A DNA stretch of 64,000 bases, taken from positions 168 through 64,167 of the forward strand of contig JAKPFT010000087.1 of the NCBI GenBank assembly GCA_029551285.1. Reading direction: 5' to 3'. This document shows positions 54,201-59,730 of this stretch, piece after piece. The position numbers and the translations under genes are program-made. The notes under the pieces were generated by a model. It was given only the letters and a program-made list of their open reading frames with translations, was not told the DNA's origin and made no database searches. How positions within the stretch are numbered: the stretch's first letter is position 1; each line of letters begins with the position of its first letter. This DNA comes from a bacterium. GTDB taxonomy: Bacteria > Ratteibacteria > UBA8468 > B48-G9 > DSTR01.

Positions 54201-55825
54201 TACAAGTAAGGACCGCCCTGACCACTGTCATTATTGCCCCAGCTGGGATAATCGTTCCACCACCGCGTCTGGGCTGCACCAACCGGAATACCGTGGCCCT
54301 GGTCGCTTCTTCTCGCGGTCATATCCACAATCCGCTGCTCACAGGTGACTGTATCAGTCCTCGTGGTTCCACCAACTGACTGCCGGTAAAGAGCAGTTCC
54401 GCCGAAGTTCCAGTCATTGGGATACTGAACACCCGGGTCAATGTCGTTTACGGTAATCATTGCCGGAGCCGGGTCCTCGGAATGGCCTAAAGCAAGTTGA
54501 AAGGTGTCTCCATGTTCCATCTTGCCGCTGGTGCGCACCACTATGTAAAACCGGCTTCCGTAAGTAGCGCTGATTAACTTGGTAAACCCGGAGAAAAGTA
54601 TTTCGGTCGTACCGTCATCCTCCCACTGTGCGGTAAACTCAGCAATCTTATAGTCAACACTAAAATCCGACGGGTCAAAAATTTTGGCAGTCAACGGGTC
54701 AGAATCGCTTGAGTCCCGGTAAAGAGCCACAGAAGCAATTGACCTGTTAGGCAGGGAACTAACCGAAGTCTGCGTCAGGTAGCATCTCACACTGGTAAGA
54801 TTCATTACATCAGGGTTGCCATAGCCGGTCTGCGTGGTGACATCAAAGTAAAGCACCGCGGTGCGACAACTCTTAGAAAGAATTCCCTGGTTCTGCACCG
54901 TCATCTTACCTGCGGTAATACTTACTCTGACGACGCGGATGGTGCCGCTGGAGATGTACGGCGGGTCTTGCCCAGGTTGTAGCGCAGGGGGCGGGCTGCC
55001 GAAGCTTGCCCCAATTTGGTAGACTCCGGGATCCCGGGCCTGGGTGTTCCATTCGTGCGACGTCGTTCCGGGCCCGAACGTCCCAATTGAGACCCAGCGA
55101 GAGCCCGGGGTTAGTATGTCCTTGTAGTAGAGGGTTGTGGAATGTGAAGGAAGGGGCGGGTGCCAGGTAATCTGGTAAATTCCGTCCTGCCTGGTTAACT
55201 CTCCGGCCAGGGATGGATTGATAATGCCAGCGCCAGGAAACTGCCAGACGATGGTCTGGCTGGTGTAACTGCCGGTGAAGTCGGGGGGATTGGGAACGGA
55301 GGACAAGGTGTAATTCCATCCGATTCTCGTTATTCGTAGCGTAAAATCGTCGTTGGCCTCTATATTTGAAGTATTCGCCATAATGACGATAAAGTAGGTG
55401 CAGGACCAGGTACCTGGCGGATTCTCCGTCCAGGTATTAACATATTCATCGGCAAAGTCAATGGTAACCTCAGAGCCAATAGCCGGGTTGTTAACCGTGC
55501 CGTTGGTCAGAACCGTATCGCCAGCGCCGAAGTTCCCATCTCCGTTGTCCCGGTAGATGGCGACACTGGCAATCTCTGTTGAATCCAGGTTAGGCACACC
55601 AACATCGTTAAACTGCACCAGAACAGACTGAAAAACATCACCTGAGTTATCCGACTGAAGGTCCAGTTTGAAAACAGCCATGGGGTTTCTTGCCGGAGTC
55701 CAGGGGGTGAGGGAAATATCCGTACTGGTGCCGGTAATCGTCGCCTGACAGTTGGCCTTTAGTATCAGGAGAAAAAGTACTCCTGACCACAACCCTATCC
55801 TGAAGCGGTTAATTTTGCCTGTCAT
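42278..55825 (-). CDS. Giant secreted protein (4515 aa): large internally duplicated Thr/Ser-rich region, divergent InlB B-repeat, three BACON-like domains, about 14 or more RCC1 repeats, C-terminal dockerin-like domain
   Basis: Signal peptide MTGKINRFRIGLWSGVLFLLILKANCQA. Paralogous ~900-aa segments (for example GRGRKVLGYFADLHL... versus GRGRTILGRYIDLNL...). BACON-like LxFxxxxxTxSFxIxNxGxGxLNWxx units. GQLGDGT-type RCC1 blades. Terminal DLNGDDTIDILDVMVCLRMALG...DLDEDSAVTILDVIRILRRA. Confidence 0.7.
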   Translation of the reverse strand: MTGKINRFRIGLWSGVLFLLILKANCQATITGTSTDISLTPWTPARNPMAVFKLDLQSDNSGDVFQSVLVQFNDVGVPNLDSTEIASVAIYRDNGDGNFGAGDTVLTNGTVNNPAIGSEVTIDFADEYVNTWTENPPGTWSCTYFIVIMANTSNIEANDDFTLRITRIGWNYTLSSVPNPPDFTGSYTSQTIVWQFPGAGIINPSLAGELTRQDGIYQITWHPPLPSHSTTLYYKDILTPGSRWVSIGTFGPGTTSHEWNTQARDPGVYQIGASFGSPPPALQPGQDPPYISSGTIRVVRVSITAGKMTVQNQGILSKSCRTAVLYFDVTTQTGYGNPDVMNLTSVRCYLTQTSVSSLPNRSIASVALYRDSSDSDPLTAKIFDPSDFSVDYKIAEFTAQWEDDGTTEILFSGFTKLISATYGSRFYIVVRTSGKMEHGDTFQLALGHSEDPAPAMITVNDIDPGVQYPNDWNFGGTALYRQSVGGTTRTDTVTCEQRIVDMTARRSDQGHGIPVGAAQTRWWNDYPSWGNNDSGQGGPYLYSQWTYNWFGASDHAYPYGPEELEVMRLTAPYPVLGLDLAGVALDPLHDGQERLYKLVVTFEDTYPQDFDYGKLASHPMAPHPNIAIYQDTGDGNFDWRTDTCIWATEDSTLRRPPAPGGHIINNWESVVPDVPAWSANTLYRKGDYVKPTTDNGFVYECLQVVGFGAPYPDPLESGYSGNAEPDWPTEIGEKVVDGGVIWVNRGHSRPPRWRVTMYFQNLPLEATCDDNVDYFIAISSAPDHQWVTRTPKYGMNFRAYIEESTDDEHSFIQFCHMSNLDGTPNPAHEDNSKPQLADVGTRSKLYRHFQPSGRNNGDLNALPPVPVADMDGCKEARTVFSIEPWYVASEAPMTSNWQDGITGSTDPVDPDGWPVPILAMNMCDSNYPADGSAYSDSETFEWIRVWFKGTNGFKPTDLAPLSDNAYSGVSLWLDTPAPYGTDTKGLPQIFIPGMHSFTGYGSNPVDTCVRLSADSLQWYNYDGTVWSPENDDPGGLEQDDPNYNPNKPPDAIEPSSGKRYYKSYYVILKPKTAIQLYPDDLWTGQYRGYDYYICVRGRGIQDARYTSNWWERGIDAGDVVTAFIRGNEDIQFGSGLKASIDPVKTVHSAYPTVMPVFFTDLTQAGQTINPQQKTAVIGYNMVAPPGTTCYLSDLRIHILDDGTRNFDITDFISISNVVDAVGECNDPNGGCGIALYKDDGLIPGVFDNLDSRVTMRAVPTLESHPGFTGDPNGPWIVHLWFETNPDNGVVADIPTTDTGDDEGIDYFLVVQPRSTMESGDDISFRHWSDDVLEQGEGIMFTFTGGQRQPYKQIRTNTLTNKTVSTSILANLVTPSQRVDATSDPVGAIGLNVYDAISANTLNRVRVYFNPVGTSPDTHPETILAPLSGNNSSGLSVWADANNNGRFDWRSDRFLPINVAGWRSDFDDGYVDGDGTATAGSGGHAARTEIPAGQELTFFKPSDKVCWYDADGDSVWSSGDGLWVDLDGDRRFTSGTDSVIYQGSLTGNEYGVLLHNNLYGFAYYDEDSDGVWDDGEDIYFLGRGRKVLGYFADLHLSPVVSVPANDNNGLTDFFIAFRTGDKIKFTDQFSLSLPANAVTYSSGYSYANTNLTTNVVTARIPVFLNNLVQAGDRIYKDEYHAVIGINLYDDQLDEDPPGNPIPAHQHYFSEVNLYLTGTNVFGDLAFLSTGASSGVGLWKDNGDGIFDRNTDTFVQPLSISYVGSDRVRIRFADGAAPVPDTDDPEHKNDYFIVLHSSEVLTSGNTITAEIRSSLSVVQGEGLKFSSPAGIPETSEEYRATSSLIGTLISLTVASLYDSPVPPVGTTFYGRDAQVTCSVTSPDTNAPSGTRYVCTGWTGTGSVPATGTGTMVTFTINQNSTITWQWISEYQLTVTAVGSGSVWPSGSAWRQAGEVVIIAATANAGNQFSKWVVDGVDSPVTQPFITITMNQGHTVEAHFVPGNPGDRQLSLSVSPAGSGSVQAEPTSGGVTYPVGFYPDGFTPVTITAVPAAGYVFASWSGGGLDNSNEPVEGSTKNPIVITMNANRSLVARMVPVNRGLTATAYPAVNQGVLPNNGPDSADRGLALFGINIFSEATAPGKWKSFDVTFTDVDLTDSVSFDTDTLNTFFSLAVYRDDSPVDNGWFSALDNNVATTLSAWTSPAPGVYTATCTLTTPEDLPADDTGASAGADYYLALKTTAALPYGLRFAVGVSNFIIATNDVDAPYTPAGTTTTNTIVAEAAINDLVSVTGFDYSIPEEMSEPGKNYLMLADNADLITRYRYQHYLTDDNLDGETANLTKFTSRPMVLPIDTPTALLGIDAAGNAGVQKALATYQELVLNSVTVTFKDTSGGRFDPKTTLTALNAVNPGQSGVAIYADTNNNGIFDAAVDTAVPVDATRGTNGFTWGTDGDDNTTLTIYLDATAANAALPATSDGRSDFFVVVRVSQNNVPYGASFKTFIKQGDISFVQVPQAAKEALSIAESKVAAAPLVFALSDITARYIDPRSSNIPIIGVNLAFGTNSTETLDYIKVTLSGDGLSASDFLPISGGTPPAGAVVPSGLMLYRDNKAAGLVGSFDASDIFVPIHSHSWVYENGKLTGIVQPETAIAVSGNVLANDTGANRGDDYFIILRTSSTLKYQDKIQVSVGATDVSISGHASAAGGLNSDADREKDGSQPIVANVTTLLSDLTRAGQRMNPSGAPTAVMKFTAYSSDETGVETVYLQSVVVHLIPGTGFNLSDLAFFTRDKNSGLALYADSNKNGVFDEEDQLVVPVVAPSSLSRSDEPYYRFLIQPENPPQVSTTGSTFFVVLRASASMEDSDTFQVRIHGSNIEPLRSYGVGYGTKVAADPTSKLYQEAVVASAGPEPEKLTLTAALNDTGNDFTQDWYLLVKSGAAAGKVYRIVSVDHTRTVVTCAGANFVTAGVAGGDQVRVLKVNGFSFAKLSTNVISGNPYFSPLVLTDLIGPNGTGVDATSDPVAAIGISVCDLAANTTLNSLRVYFNPLAPAGSLPTPGQALASISSTRSSGLSLWRDNGDGIFNPATDTLVPVTSSGWQSDSSGYITGQVAPEGSRLSLFAASDKVSWYDQDANGFWSPGDALWVDANGNKRYDNGETLLAGTVTAGTTGIDVSSGEYGFAYRDGNSNGQYDSGEGLYFLGRGRTILGRYIDLNLVSPEPLPTAFSQNGPTYFLVFRTGENLEYKDSFSLSLPSNALVFSAGRSYGDTNLTTGAVTARLPVFLTDLVSTNDTISRSEQKAIIRIHAYDSTSAEANYLREVNVYFTGTNVVSDLAPLGITSDSGVALYRDTGNGVFSSQSDTFVTPTSITWIDATRVRMTFASNADTLIPDNPGTYFFIVVKGNSVATLGDTIRGEIRSICSSPTGEGLKFVTGTGTAHLSGEYLLGNSFSLVGPALSVQPASLDFGFTTETASFTITNTGTGLLNWSLGTAVYQQGNNWVVSASPSNGVLSGGSSTTVTVTVSRNGLSAGNYTAALPVTSNANNTAVTIMMAVASPELLVTPDSLDFDRSLTSLQLNIRNTGGGTLNWNITRTAAWITSISPASGTTTTEVDTVVVEVNRQGLPVGTYNSDITVTAGSQVRTIPVRMVVTPNLTVNPATLNFGTTINTMSFNLANAGTGSVAWLSTVIYQQGADWITSIVPANGTVSDQPVSVSVTVNRTNLVPGLSYSATVRINDDAYTETELVTVTVSVASGPSNFAPGKIAAGQFHSLGIKRNGTLWAWGRNNSGQIGDGTNNDALVPVQIGTDTNWSLVAAGHSHSLAIKTDGTLWAWGANNYGQLGDGTATNRLTPVQIGLDSDWVAVSAGSAHTVALKSDGSLWAWGQNSYGQLGDGTTVTRYSPVRIGTENNWVAVACGWFHTLAMKSDGTIWSWGNNAYGQLGRTSSSTDFYLPRKIGSETNWAKITAGWYHSVAVKSNGLLYAWGANDYGQLGTGGTGPASTPTQVNSDTNWQDVEAGWAHTLAIKKDGTLWAWGNNTYGQLGVSEDVNSETMNKLPNRVGLENTWVSIAAGGQHSLGLRYDGTNGTLWAWGSNAYGQLGDGTRTSKSTPTQVGIATDWRSTKGGGSYAAAVKADGTLWTWGENSAGQLGDGSTVSKSQPVPVLPEKTWSRVSTGTSHSLAIASDGSLWAWGENDCGQLGDGSTASRNQPLLISSQFWQAVSAGRKHSAAIRGDGTLWTWGDNSCGQLGDGSISSHHLPQQVGTANNWKAVSAGGRHTVALKADGTLWAWGDNSCGQLGDGTYLDRPSPVRIGFDTDWLAISAGTSYTIALKTNGTLWAWGSNWYGQLGDGTTVDRPYPVMLSGADWVAISAGEAHSAALKKDGSLWTWGHNGYGRLGDGSSVDRVVPVRVGQETDWVSVSVAESATLAVKANGSLWFWGQLSPRASGDTADKLVPVPVLWNGKADLNGDDTIDILDVMVCLRMALGLEVARPAVADLDEDSAVTILDVIRILRRALSLTDTP

Positions 55826-55838
55826 AGATTTCCTCCGG

Positions 55839-55875
55839 AAAAAAAGGACTGGCCCTGTAGAAAGGCCAGTCCTGG
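55839..55875 (-). terminator. Intrinsic-terminator-like hairpin (10-bp perfect stem plus U7 on the minus strand) ending about 2 nt before the RBS of the giant gene; candidate attenuator
   Basis: Plus strand AAAAAAA-GGACTGGCC-ctgtagaaa-GGCCAGTCC. Read on the minus strand this is a stem-loop followed by UUUUUUU, then CCGGAGG (RBS) and the ATG. Coordinates approximate. Confidence 0.4.
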
Positions 55876-56025
55876 TAAACTGCCGAGAAAGAAAAATTTT
55901 TCATCGGCGCCGCCGTTTAGTATTTTGACGCTACCTGCTGTGCTCTCGTTTAGTTGTTAATCTTTAACAGGCATTATACCCTTTTTTTCTCTTCTGCGCA
56001 AGATATGTGAATTTGACCGGAAGTT

Positions 56026-56285
56026 CCGACATAGGAAAGGTTGTTTAGGAGTATGTCTAACTTCGGGAAGATTTCTGGGCACACGCCTTGTCGCAGACAA
56101 GACTACGCAGCCAATCGGTTGCTCGGCGAACTCGCTCGCCATGCGGCGAGCTCAAACACCGCCGAGAAAGGTATTGCGTCCCGGTTGAACTTGTCCGGTC
56201 CGCTTACCGACCGCTGCCGCTTTGGCTGCTTGTCTTGTAGCTGCGCCCTCGGCTACCGTGCCTTCAAATCTTCCCTCGTTGACAC
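56026..56285 (+). repeat. Copy 4 (long form) of the repeated element, in the 5' leader of the second TMTC-like gene
   Basis: ...GGAGTATGTCTAACTTCGGGAAGATTTCTGGGCACACGCC...about 105-bp insert...GCTGCCGCTTTGGCTGCTTGTCTTGTAGCTGCGCC...CAAATCTTCCCTCGTTGACAC. Perfect 10-bp terminal inverted repeat GGGAAGATTT / AAATCTTCCC. Confidence 0.75.
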
Positions 56286-56382
56286 TTGGTCCTATGTCGG
56301 AATTTTAGAATTTGACCTGGCTTGTTGGCTGATGTATCCTTACTCCCGTGGCCTTTTCCGGCAGGGCTATCCCGGTAATCCT

Positions 56383-58965
56383 ATGAAGAAGAAGGTGTTA
56401 GTTGTTTGCCTGCTGCTGATAGTCGGTGTTGTCCTTTATTCCAACACCTTCCGTGTGCCTTTCACCTTTGACGATTATCACTCCATTGTCCTGAATGACA
56501 AAATTCATTCCTGGGGCGACTGGTCTGCCATCTGGTCTTTCAGCCGCGCGCGTTTTCTCACCTATCTTACCTTTGCGCTAAACTACCACTTCGGCGGCCT
56601 GCATGTTACTGGCTACCACCTGGTGAACCTTTTGATTCACCTGTCGGCTTCCATCGTCCTTTTCTTTTTCGTTTTACTTCTGACAGGGACAGCGTTTGAG
56701 CCTGAGCGGTCATTCCTGATTGCGGCTGTGGCTTCGCTAATTTTCCTGATTCACCCGCTCCAGACTCAGGCGGTTACCTACATCGTCCAGCGGGCAGCCA
56801 GCCTGGCGACACTGTGTTACCTGGCGACGCTCTGGCTCTATCTTAAGTATCGGCTTTCTCCTGAAAGAAAACGCTGGCTTTACTATTGCCTGGCGCTGCT
56901 TGTTGCCGTCGCGGGAATGTTCACCAAGGAAATCTGTTTTACCCTGCCGCTGATGATTCTGATGGTTAACCTTATCTCAGGAAAGGCCTGGCGCCGTGAC
57001 TGCCTGCCTTTTCTTCTCACCATGGCGGTCGTGCCGGCGCTTCACCTTTCGGGCGTGAAAGGCGCTGGACTGGGAGAAATCGGCCGGCTTGCCGAACCCA
57101 GCGGCACCATCGGGCCTCTAACTTACCTTTTTACCCAGTTTCGGGTGCTGGTCAGTTACCTGCGGCTTTTGCTTTTTCCGATTAAGCAGAACCTTGACTA
57201 CGACTACCCGGTGTACCACAGTTTTCTGGTGCCGCCGGTCTGGGGCAGTTTTCTGCTGCTGGCGTTTCTGTCTGGTCTGGGTTTCTATGCTTACCGGAAG
57301 GGGCAGCGGTTTTTTAGCCTGGCCGTGGCCTGGTTTTTTGTGGCGCTGGCTGTAGAAAGCAGTATCTACCCCATCGCCGATGTCATCTTTGAACACCGTC
57401 TTTACTTAGCGATGCCAGCATATGCTCTGGCAGTGGCGCTGCTTTTCGCTTACCTGAAAGGACAGGCGCCAAAATTTCTCTGGGCTACGGCTCTGGTTCT
57501 TCTGATGGCTGGCTACTCTACGCTGGCCTACACGCGTAACAATGTCTGGAAAAGCGCGGTCAGCCTCTGGCAGGATGTGGTGAGGAAAAGCCCGGGAAAA
57601 GCCAGAGCCCACCACAACCTTGGGCATGCCCTCACCGGCGAGAAAAAACTTGACGCGGCGCTAAAAGAGTTTAACCTTGCCTTAAAACTTAACCCGAATT
57701 TCCATCTCACCTACTTTACCCGGGGCAGTCTTTACGCCCAGATGGGCCAGTACCAGAAGGCACTGGATGATTTCAACACCCTGCTGAAGATAAGTCTGGA
57801 TAAGACCAGGCTAAGTCATGTTTATGTCGCCCGCGGGAAACTTTATGCGGAATTGGGAGAGATGGAAAAAGCCCTGAGTGATTTTAACCAGGCCATCAGG
57901 CTTGACAGGAAAAGTGCGATTGCCTTCAGCGAGCGCGGCCTGCTTTTTGCCAAACACGGACAGTATCAGCAGGCCATCAGGGATTTCAACGAGGCTCTGA
58001 GACTGAACAGCCACCTGGCTGACGCCTACAACAACCGGGGTCTGGCCCGGGTCTACCAGGGAGAGATTGAAGCTGCCCTGATGGACTTTAGAAGGGCGCT
58101 GAATGAGATGCCTGACTTTGCCAGCGTCTATGTGAACATGGGACTGGCCTATTTCCGGCGAGGCGACTGGCCGCAGGCTCTCAAAGCGTATCAGAAGGCG
58201 CTGGAGTTAAACAGTGAACTTTCCAGTGCCTACGCGGGGCTGGCACTGGTATATCGCAAGATGGGTCAGACAGAAAAAGCCAGGCAGCAACTGGAATCGG
58301 CCCTGGCCGCGAAGCCAGGGGATAAAACGCTGCTGAAGGCTCTGGAAGACCTGAAAAAAGAAAGCGCAGCCATGGCTTTGTCCAGCGTTCGCTCGCTAGC
58401 TCTGTCTTACTGTGAAAAGGGAAACGCTTTCCGGGAAAAGGGAGACTGGCTGGCCGCAATAGAACAGTACAATCTGGCTTTGAAGGAAGACCCGACTTTT
58501 GCTGCCGCCTACTACAACCGCGGCCGTACCTACCAGGAATTAGGAAAAAACGAGGAAGCACTGAACGACTACCTCCTGGCGCTGAAATATAATCCGAAAG
58601 ATGCCGAAGCCTGGAATAACAAGGGTTTTCTCTTAGACCAGCAGGGGAAACTTGACCAGGCCATCAGCGATTACTCCCGGGCGATTCTCTACGACCGCGG
58701 CAACAGCCAGGCTTACAACAACCGCGGGAATGCCTTCTTCAAGAAAGGTGAGTACGAGAAGGCTATCGCGGATTACAGCCAGGCCCTTGGTCTCAACCCG
58801 GCGCTGGCTCAGGCTTACCGGAACCGCGGGATGGCTTACGGGAAACTTAAGGAATACGAAAAAGCCGCCCTTGATTTTCAGAAGTATCTGGAGCTGAACC
58901 CGGATGACCCGAAGAAGGATAGCCTGAAAAAATTCATTGAAAAGCACATCAAGGGTGGGTCTTAA
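56383..58965 (+). CDS. Second TMTC/PMT-like GT-C membrane glycosyltransferase homolog with a long TPR array (start chosen at MKKKVLVV)
   Basis: About 860 aa from the chosen start. The same N-terminal polytopic domain as 40115..42277 (FTFDDYHSI...GYHLVNLLIHL), then about 14 TPR repeats. The track ORF extends upstream across repeat copy 4, which I do not accept as coding. Confidence 0.65.
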   Translation: MKKKVLVVCLLLIVGVVLYSNTFRVPFTFDDYHSIVLNDKIHSWGDWSAIWSFSRARFLTYLTFALNYHFGGLHVTGYHLVNLLIHLSASIVLFFFVLLLTGTAFEPERSFLIAAVASLIFLIHPLQTQAVTYIVQRAASLATLCYLATLWLYLKYRLSPERKRWLYYCLALLVAVAGMFTKEICFTLPLMILMVNLISGKAWRRDCLPFLLTMAVVPALHLSGVKGAGLGEIGRLAEPSGTIGPLTYLFTQFRVLVSYLRLLLFPIKQNLDYDYPVYHSFLVPPVWGSFLLLAFLSGLGFYAYRKGQRFFSLAVAWFFVALAVESSIYPIADVIFEHRLYLAMPAYALAVALLFAYLKGQAPKFLWATALVLLMAGYSTLAYTRNNVWKSAVSLWQDVVRKSPGKARAHHNLGHALTGEKKLDAALKEFNLALKLNPNFHLTYFTRGSLYAQMGQYQKALDDFNTLLKISLDKTRLSHVYVARGKLYAELGEMEKALSDFNQAIRLDRKSAIAFSERGLLFAKHGQYQQAIRDFNEALRLNSHLADAYNNRGLARVYQGEIEAALMDFRRALNEMPDFASVYVNMGLAYFRRGDWPQALKAYQKALELNSELSSAYAGLALVYRKMGQTEKARQQLESALAAKPGDKTLLKALEDLKKESAAMALSSVRSLALSYCEKGNAFREKGDWLAAIEQYNLALKEDPTFAAAYYNRGRTYQELGKNEEALNDYLLALKYNPKDAEAWNNKGFLLDQQGKLDQAISDYSRAILYDRGNSQAYNNRGNAFFKKGEYEKAIADYSQALGLNPALAQAYRNRGMAYGKLKEYEKAALDFQKYLELNPDDPKKDSLKKFIEKHIKGGS

Positions 58966-59632
58966 AAAGAAGAGCGTCCTTTGCTTGCCAGGAGCGGAGA
59001 AAATTCAGGTAGGACAAACCTTTTGTTAGGGAGATGTGTTTCTCTATCACCGGCCAATCAAGAATAGGAGCGCAATTCTCACGCTGGAGATAATCAGGCA
59101 GGCTTGACCAGCGATAATTCTTGAGAAATTGTTCCGCTTTTTCCCAGTTTGCCACTCCCTTTTCCTTCCAGTCAGGTAGCAGTAGATTGAGCGGATTGAG
59201 GTGGATGTATCTGGTGAGGTGGAGTAAATACTCATCGGTTTGAACTTCCTTAACCTTATACCTGCCGTCAAAAAGCACGCCGGTTCTCTCGTAGCGCTCG
59301 TTGAAGTACATGGCGTGCGCCGTGCAGATCTTGCGCAGAAACTTGATAATCCCCCCTTCCCTTTTCTCGCATAACAACAGGTGAAAATGGTTGGGCATAA
59401 GGCAGTAACAGACGATGGAAACAAGGGGTTGCCTTTCCGGAAATTTCCTGAGAGCCGGGGTCTGACTGGCTGCCCGAATCACTGAGGCCGGTCGTTCATC
59501 GTTAAGAGTTAGAAGGGACTGCTGAAATCTGCGATAGTCACGGCTATGGAGAAAGATTTCCCGCTTGTCCACACCCCGGCTGTAGAGATGGTAAAAACCG
59601 CCGCTGGAGAAGAATACTTTTCTGTAAGGCAT
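58949..59632 (-). CDS. HUH/Y1 transposase-like protein (IS200/IS605 TnpA or REP-associated tyrosine transposase family)
   Basis: 227 aa. HUH motif (MPNHFHLLL) and a downstream conserved Tyr region (DGRYK). GAGGAGA RBS. The 3' end overlaps the convergent TMTC-like gene by 17 nt. Confidence 0.55.
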   Translation of the reverse strand: MPYRKVFFSSGGFYHLYSRGVDKREIFLHSRDYRRFQQSLLTLNDERPASVIRAASQTPALRKFPERQPLVSIVCYCLMPNHFHLLLCEKREGGIIKFLRKICTAHAMYFNERYERTGVLFDGRYKVKEVQTDEYLLHLTRYIHLNPLNLLLPDWKEKGVANWEKAEQFLKNYRWSSLPDYLQRENCAPILDWPVIEKHISLTKGLSYLNFLRSWQAKDALLFKTHP

Positions 59633-59684
59633 TGTCTCCTCGTTACTTGCAAGGACGGGCCTTGCAGGAAACGGCGAAGAGAAA

Positions 59685-59712
59685 GGCGGGGAAAAGTTCC
59701 CCGCCTTTCTTT
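59685..59712. terminator. GC-rich hairpin (GGCGGGGAA-aag-TTCCCCGCC) followed by TTTCTTT; terminator for the PD40 gene, possibly bidirectional
   Basis: 9-bp stem with T-rich flanks on both sides, between the 59731..62535 gene end and the RAYT-like gene start. Coordinates approximate. Confidence 0.45.
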
Positions 59713-59730
59713 ACGGCAACAATCAACACC

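Noticed and set aside
42278-55825. Giant ORF as an assembly artefact or fused pseudogene
   Set aside because: It is a single uninterrupted frame with a proper signal peptide, RBS and coherent domain order ending in a dockerin tail. Internal repeats are diverged at DNA level (protein-level paralogy), unlike a collapsed assembly. Long-read validation would still be prudent.
56041-56382. N-terminal 114-aa extension of the TMTC-like ORF running through repeat copy 4 (MFRSMSNFGKISGHTP...)
   Set aside because: The extension is just the repeat element read in one frame. The paralog at 40115 starts at the equivalent MKK... followed by a TM helix, and the frame of the element ORF differs between copies.
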